Translations under genes and position numbers: made by a program
NCBI GenBank assembly: GCA_951406725.2
Contig: OX597833.1
Span: 56,916,001 to 56,980,000, forward strand
DNA from: Octopus vulgaris
Lineage: Eukaryota
Direction: 5' to 3'
Length of the DNA: 64,000 nucleotides
Notes under the pieces: generated by a model
The model's input: the letters and a program-made list of their open reading frames with translations, nothing else
Database searches by the model: none
Told to the model about the DNA's origin: nothing
Shown: positions 53,528 to 64,000 of the stretch, piece after piece
Layout: every line of letters starts with the position of its first letter
Position numbering within the stretch: position 1 is the stretch's first letter

Positions 53528-53681
53528 CTTTACGTAATTTGAGAAGGTTTGTAAAATACATAGCTCCAAACTGGATAATGCTTTGGGGTTGAGACCGAAG
53601 AACTTCGCGGGCAAAACCTTCCAGTAATGCCTCAAACCCTACCGGTACTCGGAGTTTCGTGTTAGAAAATGGTACAGACAT
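53528..53681 (-). CDS. SPA17: Sperm surface protein Sp17-like, first coding exon (RIIa dimerization/docking domain)
   Basis: Translates MSVPFSNTKLRVPVGFEALLEGFAREVLRSQPQSIIQFGAMYFTNLLKLRK, matching the Sp17 N-terminus (MSxPFSNTxxRxPxGFxxLLEGxxREvLRxQP). Acceptor ttatttatcag lies just upstream (exon start ~53688). The 154 coding nt end at AAG|GCAAGA. Confidence 0.93.
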
Positions 53682-53881
53682 GATTAAACTGATAAATAAC
53701 TGATATATATATATATTATTATAAATGTAGATATAAATAAAATATATATATATGTGTGTGTGTGTGTGTTCTTATAAAGAGTATCTTTTAAAAAAAATGG
53801 AAGCTTCTCTACAGTCAAAAGGAAATGTAACAACCTCAGCTAAGGTTTACAACAGAACGCTCATGCTGTTTTGAGGACGCC

Positions 53882-53894
53882 GTAACCTAGCAAC
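53882..53894. promoter_or_regulatory. RFX X-box upstream of the Sp17-like gene
   Basis: GTAACCTAGCAAC fits GTNRCC-N(0-3)-RGYAAC. It lies ~200 nt upstream of the ATG of a cilia/flagella gene, in CpG-containing unique sequence. Confidence 0.7.
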
Positions 53895-54224
53895 TGGATC
53901 GCTGTAAACCGGATTAGCAGAATTAAATAAACGAACGTTACTAATCAAGCTCACTCACTCTACATCTGTTATTCTCGGTTATCGACAAAGAAATAAATAT
54001 TAAAAAAAAACTGTCAGCCATTTTTTTTCTGTAACCGATCTGGCTTTTTTATTGAGCAGATGTTTGGATCAGAAGCGGTCCAGTCGTGACCATCCAATTT
54101 ATTTTTCGGACATAGTGTATTTAGAGCAATATTGCTTAACGTATTCTTGTTATTTTTAAAGTTGTTTTTTTTAAATAACAGTATATGATTTGAGGGAGAT
54201 TTAGCCATTATTTCTAATTTCCTG

Positions 54225-54639
54225 GGATCTTTTCGGTTTGAACAGCAGTTTTTTAAAATAATTTCCACGTAACTAAACACTTTTAAACTTCGTATACTGG
54301 TAGAATGTGTTTATAAAACATCTTTTTCTCTTGACTTTATTGAGAAAATTCTATAGTTTGTAAGATATTTGTTGTTGTTTTTTTCTTCAATTCTGCAATT
54401 TCAACCAATCACTGACGTCTATTGAGGTAAAAAAAAACATTATATGCCGTATGAATATGTCCCTCGTTTAAGAAACAGATTGGGTTTATTTACATTTGTG
54501 AAGAAATAAAGATACCCTTCTCCCACCCCTAACCCTAAAACAGATTGAAATGCAATAGATCGATACTAGGGTCATAATTATAGGTGACAATTTCATATGA
54601 CACCGCTAGAAAAAACTGCCGTTCAAACCGAAAAGATCC
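54225..54639. mobile_element. Merlin-like MITE (opposite orientation)
   Basis: Same TIRs and body. Further partial copies at 52315-52371 and 55047-55250. Confidence 0.8.
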
Positions 54640-55583
54640 ATATTTATTTCTTTACTACAAACAAGGACAGACAAACGGATTAAGTCGATTACATCGACCC
54701 CAGTGCGTATTTGGTACTTAATTTATCGACCCCGAAAGGATGAAAGGCAAAGTCGACCTTGGCGGAATTTGAACTCATCCATATTGTTTAAAAGATCCAT
54801 ATTGTTTAATGTATTCTTGTTACTTTTAAATTTTTTTTTTAGATAACAGTATATGATTTGAGGGAGATTTAGCCATTATTTCTAATTTCCTGGACTAATT
54901 CACAAAGAAATGAGAAATTTAGTGTATTAAGAATTTATCTCATTTATTGATTTCTTTTGATATGGTATACGGACTTTTGTTGTGGGACGAAAAGATTGAA
55001 CTGAGTGGCAGAAAGACCAATTGTTGCTTGGTCCCAAAGTCAGCTGGGATCTTTTCGCTTTGACAGGCAGATTTTTAAAATAAATTTCTTTGTAACTAAA
55101 CACTTTTAAACTTCGTATACTGGTAGAATGTGTTTTATAAAACATCTTTTTCTCTTGGCTTTCTTGAGAAAATTCTGTAGTGTGTAAGCTATTTATTGTT
55201 TAATTTCTTGCATTTCAGCAATTTCAACCAATCAATGATGTCTATTGAGGCGAATACAATTTCTCCAGTTCTTTGTCAACAACATTTTCTGGCGGTGAGA
55301 GGAACAGATTTATAGTTGTGAAGGGTGGAAGTAAGGAAAGTGACAGAGTAAGAGAGTAGTCTTTCATTAAAAAGAGTATGGCAGGGAATGGTGGCAAGAG
55401 GAACGAATTAATAATAGGGTTATTGAGAAAAAGGGAGGATAGGGTTGAAAGATGATAAGATGGCCTGTGTAGGGGGAGGGTCTGAAGCTATCCTATCTTA
55501 TAAGGATGAGTATCAATCAAAGGATTGAGTGAAAGGGGATGGGGAGGAATTCTGAGAGAATCACTAAATGAAGAAGTTTAGGG

Positions 55584-55784
55584 CAGTGCTTTTCAAACTT
55601 TTTGCTGGAGCAGAACCCCAAGGAAACATTCCACTGGCTCGAGGAACCCCTGTGCAATAATTTAATAGTCTTATGCACGCATATCTGCACAGGAGAATTA
55701 AAAATTACTGCCAATTTTAGCAGTTTTGTAACTTCTTGCAGAACCCCTGGACTGTACTGACGGAACCCTGGTTGAAAACCACTG
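55584..55784. mobile_element. hAT MITE (same family as 33197)
   Basis: CAGTG...CACTG TIRs; 8-bp TSD GTTTAGGG. Confidence 0.88.
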
Positions 55785-55971
55785 GTTTAGGGGTTCATGA
55801 GAATAAGATGAACAACAGAAGTATGTGAAGCGATGTTGAGGAGGCAAAGAAGCTGTGGGGAGAAGGCAGTGAGAGAAATTGAGGCAGAGGCTGGGTGCAA
55901 GATGGAAACCGCATCAGGTGGCACTATCAGAAAAGGCAACACCAAGAAGTGTAGAAAGTGGTTTTAGGCAT

Positions 55972-56610
55972 AGGAGAGGCTGTGTGGTAAGTACCTTGTT
56001 TACCAACCACATGGTTCCGGGTTCAGTCCCACTGCATGGCACCTTGGGCAAGTGTCTTCTACTATAGCCTCGGGCCGACCAAAGCCTTGTGAGTGGATTT
56101 GGTAGACGGAAACTGAAAGAAGCCCGTTGTATATATGTATATATTTATATATATGCATGTATGTGTTTGTCCCCCTAGCATTGCTTGACAACCGATGCTG
56201 GTGTGTTTATGTCCCCGTTACTTAGCGGTTCGGCAAAAGAGACCGATAGAATAAGTACTAGGCTTACAAAAGAATAAGTCCCAGGGTCGAGTTGCTTGAT
56301 TAAAAGGCGGTGCTCCAGCATGGCCGCAGTCAAATGACTGAAACAAGTAAAAGAGTAAAGAGTATATGCGTGCGTGTGTTTGTGTGTCTGTGTTTGTGTG
56401 TCTGTGTTTGTCCCCCTAGCATTGCTTGACAACCGATGCTGGTGTGTTTATGTCCCCGTTACTTAGCGGTTCGGCAAAAGAGACCGATAGAATAAGTACT
56501 GGGCTTACAAAAGAATAAGTCCCAGGGGTCGAGTTGCTCGATTAAAAGGCGGTGCTCCAGCATGGCCACAGTCAAATGATTGAAACAAGTAAAAGAGTAA
56601 AGAGAGTAAA
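55972..56610 (+). mobile_element. Family A SINE with tandemly duplicated 3' half
   Basis: The segment TGTGTTTGTCCCCCTAGC...GTAAAAGAGT occurs twice. Confidence 0.85.
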
Positions 56611-56798
56611 AAGTATATAAAATAATAATCCAAACCATTCATATATCACATGCAACAATAAAGTTTAATGTTAAAATCAATACAATTTTGGTGTAGTTCA
56701 TAAAATTCTCTACTTCAAATTCTATTGTTTATATTTTAGCAAATGTTCATCTAAACTACAAGAAACTATGCAAATGTATATACATTAAGATTGTGTGT

Positions 56799-57200
56799 AT
56801 TGTAATTTTCATGTGTGATATTGTGTGATATTTCCATTTTAATATGTAATATTGTATGACATTGTAATTTTAATGTGTGATATTGTGTGATATTTCCATT
56901 TTAATATGTAATATTGTATGACATTGTAATTTTCATGTGTAATATTGTGTGATATTTCCATTTTAATATATAATATTGTATGACATTGTAATTTTAATGT
57001 GTGATATTGTGTGATATTTCCATTTTAATATATAATATTGTATGACATTGTAATTTTAATGTGTGATATTGTGTGATATTTCCATTTTAATATATAATAT
57101 TGTATGACATTGTAATTTTCATGTGTGATATTGTGTGATATTTCCATTTTAATATGTAATATTGTATGACATTGTAATTTTAATGTGTGATATTGTAATT
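56799..57200. repeat. 62-bp minisatellite, ~6.5 copies
   Basis: Unit ATGTGTGATATTGTGTGATATTTCCATTTTAATATGTAATATTGTATGACATTGTAATTTT(A/C) recurs at 56811, 56873, 56935, 56997, 57059, 57121 and 57183. Confidence 0.95.
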
Positions 57201-57511
57201 TAAATGTGTAATTTCAGTTCTGCGAGATGCATGTGTCACTACTATAGCCATTACATTCAGTGGAATACAAGAGTTAAAGTAACATTGGTTCAAGAAGCGG
57301 AAAAAAAAAAAAAATTTACTGAGGATTTTGTTTGACCTGATACAAGTGGAAGTCCATGGAAGGTGACATCGACCCAAATGACACCGCAGCCACGAGGCTT
57401 TCTCTCCAGGACTCTGACGATTCCACTAATATAACATGCTGGGCTAATACTTTGTTTTATCATCATCGGAAGGATGACTTTCGCTGAATTTGAAATCAGA
57501 ACGTAATGATC

Positions 57512-58350
57512 CAGGAGTGGCTGTGTGGTAAGTAGCTTGTCTACCAACCACATGGTTCCGGGTTCAGTCCCACTGCGTGGCACCTTGGGCAAGTGCCTTC
57601 TACTACAGCCTCGGGCCGACCAAAGCCTTGTGAGTGGATTTGGTAGACAGAAACTAAAAGAAGCCCGTCGTATATACGTGTATATATATATATATATGTA
57701 TATGTGTGTGTATGTTTGTGTGTCTGTGTTTGTCCCCCCTAGCATTGCTTGACAACTGATGCTGGTGTGTTTATGTCCCTGTTACTTAGCGGTTCAGCAA
57801 AAGAGACCGATAGAATAAGTACTGGGATCGAGTTGCTCGATTAAAGGTGGCGCTCCAGCATGGCCACAGTCAAATGACTGAAACAAGTAAAAGAGTAAAG
57901 AGTAAAATACACAAGGTATCTTTCCTCAGCTCTAACAATGCCGAAAGTTCCTAAGGCAAAGTAGTGGCTTTGTGGTAAGGAGCTTGCTTACCAACCACAT
58001 GGTTCCAGGTTCAGTCCCACTGTGTGACACCATGAGCAAGTGTCTTCTGCTATAGCCTCAGGCCAACCAAAGCCTTGTGAGTGGATTTGGTAGATGGAAA
58101 CTGAAAGAAGCCCGTCGTGTATGTGTGTACATGTGTCTGTCAGTGTGTCTGCTTGTACCACCACACCACACCACCACTTGACAACTGATGTTGGTGTATC
58201 GAGATCCCTGTAACTTAGCAGTTCGGCAAAAAGAGACCAATAGAAAAAGTAAGTACTAGGCTTACAAAAAATAAGTGCTGGAGTCGATTTGTTTGATTAA
58301 AGTCGGTGCCCCAGCATGGCCACAGTCAAACAACTGAAACAAGTAAAAGA
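57512..58350 (+). mobile_element. Two tandem family A SINE copies (57512-57905, 57961-58350)
   Basis: Same family as 13159-13584. Confidence 0.85.
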
Positions 58351-58654
58351 ACAGAATATAAATAGTCTAGTCAACAAAACTACAGCTAAGAAAACACCCG
58401 ACCCATACGAAATATCAAATACCATCATCATTGTCATGGATATTCACAGCTTAGGAAATGCCTCCCATATTGGCATTGGTCGAAGAGGTCTAGCTAATCT
58501 AGCATTTATTCTGCTCGGTTGCTTGTTATTGTCAGTATGAATTTACCAGTGATTTCATAATTCAGATGCCTGTGTGTTTTGTGTTTCACCTACGCTACAC
58601 AGCTTATTCCCCTGGGACGAGGCACGCCTTCCCTTATCATTGTACACACATACA

Positions 58655-60345
<1,691 letters not shown>

Positions 60346-61042
60346 TGGTATGATGCATGATTTTTCTGAAATTTTATAGCACCTCAGTCGTTTATCTGAC
60401 ACCAGAAGTTCATGCCTCATAATGCATACCATACACACAAACAACTGCACCTCCCATGACTACAGGTATATATTAATCTGTTTATATAAAAACGCATGTA
60501 TACATGCATATACAGTTACGCGCACACACACACAAATACATATAAATTTATATGTGTGTGTATATCTATATATATATATTTATAGGCCAGCATGGAATAT
60601 AGATGTCAAATAATAGTGATAATATATATAAATATGTATTATGATGTAATAGACGTACAAAATTAGCCAAACACAGAAAAGTAAATAAAGTGGTTATGCC
60701 ACAGATTTTATTTCCTCCGAGCAGGCAAAACTGGGTTGACCTGATTATTCTTTAGCCTTGTTAAACTGTCATCAGAGAAAGACTACCTGTCTTCTCTGCA
60801 AAGAGAAATTAGCAGCTTGTAGCTTTGTGTGTGTGCATACATGCATGCATGTGTGTGCTTGATGTGTGTATGTGTATGTGTATTTGTGTCTTGGGATCAG
60901 ACACTAGTTGCAAACAATTGCTACCATTAAACAATTGGTGTCATTTATTTACTATCTTCAATGAAAACATATCCAACCTTTGCAATGTTTTATGTCAGAA
61001 GGACATGAAGAAACATTGTCTCAACATATATATTTACACATA

Positions 61043-61445
61043 GAGTGGCTGTGTGGTAAGTAGCTTGCTTACAAGCTACATGGTTCCGGGTTAGGTCCCA
61101 CTGCATGGCACCTTGGGCAAGTGTCTTCTACTATAGCTTCGGGCCAACCAAAGCCTTGTGAGTGGATTTGGTAGACAGTAACTGAAAGAAGCCCGTCGTA
61201 TATATGTATATATATGTCTGTGTGTGTATACGTTTGTGTGTCTGTGTTTGTCCCCCTGACACGGCTTGACAACCGATGCTGGTGTGTTTACGTCCCTGTA
61301 ACTTAGCAATTCAGCAAATGAGACTGATAGAATTAGTACTTGGCTTACAAAGAATAAGTCCTGTGGTCGATTTGCTCGACTGAAGGCGGTGCTCCTGCAT
61401 GGCCGCAGTCAAATGCCTGAAACAAGTAAAAGAGTAAAGAGTAAA
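61043..61445 (+). mobile_element. Family A CORE-type SINE
   Basis: Same family as 13159-13584. Confidence 0.85.
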
Positions 61446-62279
61446 TATATACACACATACATATATAGACAGACCAATAGATACATAGATATACATATAT
61501 ATATATATATATATATAGATATATATGTATACACACATACATGTATATATATACACATACACACACACACACATATGGTGAGTTCCAAGAAGAGGAGGGA
61601 TTACTTCCTGGAAAGTTCTCATGACGGGGGAAATACTTCCTGGAAAGTTTTGAGTAGGGACGAAGGTGAGGAATTACTTCCTGGAAAGTTCCAATGAGGG
61701 ACATGGCCATGCTGGGCAATTGCCTAGAGGCTTCATGGTGTCTCGGGGCCCAGTTCTGATTTTTTTATGCTGTAGCTTGCTGGCAATGGAAAATCTTCAC
61801 ATTCTGAGTTCAAATTTTGTCTTTCATCCTTTTGGGGTCAATGAAATAAGTATTCCAGTTGAGCCCTGGGGTTTGATGTAATTGACTTACCCACTCTGCC
61901 AAACTTTCTGGCCTTGTGCCAAGATTTGAAACCAATAAATATCATGTCTGAATAAAAACTAGGATAATCTTGATTGGAAAGCCTTTGGTGACATGTTTGC
62001 ATGATCTGGAGTCTAGACAAGGACAAAAACCATTTTTTAAATTAACCTATATAAGAAAAAACACATTAAAAGAAAGACACAGTGGATGATATAGATTATC
62101 TTGCTTCTCAAGAGGAACTGATCCTAATTGCTATTTGTTAATTAAGATACATCCTTTAGAAGCGGAGATAATTTTAAAACATCAAGAATTCATGTTGCAT
62201 GGTATTTGTTATACCTGTATTTGTTAAAGAGCGAAGGAACTTTTGAGAGTCAACGGCAATCCAATAATTGTCTTAAAGC

Positions 62280-62555
62280 TGTATCATGCGCGGGGACATA
62301 GAAATAATCGGACTGAATACCCGATCGTGCGGTTAAGCCATTGGGAGTGAAGGACTCCTAGCCTTTGTTAGGGCATCCTTTTAGGAGAAGGTAACTCAGG
62401 TAACTGGGATAACTCCGACATAAAACCTGCGGCTCAGTGGTTACCGATGATGTTGACTTGTTCTTCTTTTTGGATTATGGCTGCTGTTGCTTAGTGAGTG
62501 AGATTGACTCAGTGCACAGCCTTTCCTCACTTTAAAAAAAAAATCTTCTTGCAAA
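62280..62555 (+). mobile_element. CpG-rich interspersed element resembling an RTE 5'-UTR-derived repeat
   Basis: GGGCATCC..TAGGAGAAGGTAACTC...TAAAACC motif resembles RTE 5' UTRs; A-rich end. Confidence 0.4.
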
Positions 62556-63479
62556 GGCATTGCACGATAACAACATTGATTAAGCTTCGTGCAATGGCAA
62601 TACTCGATAACGAGGGGGCAGCCACCATTTGTTGATGTTGTTCAGATGCATTGTGCACTATATTTAGGAATCAAAAGACAAGGTAGCCAAGGCAGGAAAG
62701 TCTTCCCCCACTGAACTGCATGATTAGGGCCAGCTTGGGGCTAAACAAAAGCAATGGTAACAATGATAATAACCACCACCACAACAACAACAATAACAAC
62801 TGAAGCTTGCCTAGCTTCTGTGATAAGAACTGATACCGTTAGAGTGGTTCTGTCAAAATAATTTAAATATTCCACCAGTAGCTTTACGTCAGAGGAGACA
62901 AAGTGCTGCAATTCAAGTGATTTACGAGATGCACATAAATCAAAGAAAACTACTCTGCAATTGCAATATGAAAGAAAAAACTGTATTTTGGTTTCTATGC
63001 AAGCATATGGCTCTTCATACCTGTTGCCAAGAATCACATTTGCTGTGTATAAGAGTATATCTTTTATCTTTTACTTGCTCCAGTCATTGGACTGCAGCCA
63101 TGGTGGGACTGTCTTGAAATGTTTAGTTAAACAAATTTATCCCAGTGCTTTTTTTTTTTTATATAATTTGTCTGGTACTTACTCTATTGGACCCTTCTGC
63201 CAAATTATTAAGTTACAGGGACATAAACAGACCAATAGTTATTAAGTGGTGGTTGAGGAACAAACACAAAACACAAACACACACACACACACACACACAC
63301 ATTCATACACACAAACACCTATGAAGATACACATGCGGGTTTTGTTTCTACCAAATCGATATGCAAGGCATTGGTTAATCTCAGAATTTAACAGATGACT
63401 CATGCACCAGTGTTTTTAACCATATCATCATACCTGTGTCTATATATAATATATATATATTCCATTTCCCCTTTCCCCT

Positions 63480-63890
63480 TCCCCGGAACTTTCCAGGAAG
63501 TAATATCCTCCAAAATTTCCTGGAAGTCCCCAAATCCCTGGAACTTTCCAAGAATCCCCCAAAAAAATCATCGGAATTTTCCGAGAAACCTTCGGAACTC
63601 TCCACGAAGTCCCTATATCTTTGGAACTTGAAATCCTCAGAACTTTCCAGGAAGTCCCCAAATACTCGGGACTTTCAAGGAAATCCTCACAACTTTCCGG
63701 GAAGTCCCCAAATCCTCAGAACTTTCCAGGAAGTCCGCAAATCCTCAGAACTTTCAAGGAAATCCCCAAATCCTCGGAACTTTCCGAGAAATCCACAAAT
63801 CCTTGGAACTTTCAATGAAGCCCTCGGAACTTTCCAGAAAATCCCATCCTCATAACTTTCCAGGAAATCCCCGGAACTTTCCATGAAATC
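63480..63890. repeat. Degenerate ~30-bp tandem repeat GGAACTTTCCAGGAAGTCCCCAAATCCTC
   Basis: About a dozen diverged units; inverted units at 61575-61695. Confidence 0.88.
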
Positions 63891-64000
63891 CCATCCTTGG
63901 AAAGAGAAATAAATTTATTTCTCATTCGAAAGAGAAATAAATTCTGCATAAGGTGTAAAATATAAAAACAATTTGTATGGTGTTAGTAACAAAATATTAG

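Noticed and set aside
56799-57200. CRISPR-like periodic array
   Set aside because: Head-to-tail 62-bp units with no unique spacers, no cas genes, and a eukaryotic context.
57330-57490. SIAE exon (vertebrate SPA17 is head-to-head with SIAE)
   Set aside because: Only a vague W-x-V resemblance; no GDVWxCSGQSNM motif or splice support found.
63381-63884. ORFs of up to 139 aa
   Set aside because: They arise from the 30-bp tandem repeat and are open in multiple frames.

Overview
This is AT-rich, repeat-dense metazoan genomic DNA. The SINE families and microsatellite load point to an Octopus (coleoid cephalopod) genome, inferred from recognition rather than a search. Only one host gene is clearly recognisable: an Sp17/SPA17-type RIIa (D/D)-domain gene on the minus strand. 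Its first coding exon is 53681-53528, with an RFX X-box about 200 nt upstream and a probable GC-AG intron. It has a divergent candidate exon at 47420-47295 and no visible IQ motif. The left ~36 kb looks like the mostly intronic, CpG-depleted body of an unidentified minus-strand transcript starting near 36.9 kb, with a second X-box at 29828. The rest is tRNA-derived SINEs (CORE-, Nin- and V-type), piggyBac, hAT and Merlin-like MITEs, two inverted non-autonomous Helitrons, CR1, R4 and RTE LINE fragments, a mariner relic, a deleted Gypsy element, and mini/microsatellites. The most notable unexplained structures are a Penelope-type minimal hammerhead ribozyme inside an inverted repeat (42350-42442), two long isolated hairpins (964-1094 and 42726-42808), and a duplicated/inverted region with a possible decayed Sp17-like paralog (41.2-47.1 kb). 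Nearly all ORFs in the supplied track are repeat artefacts.
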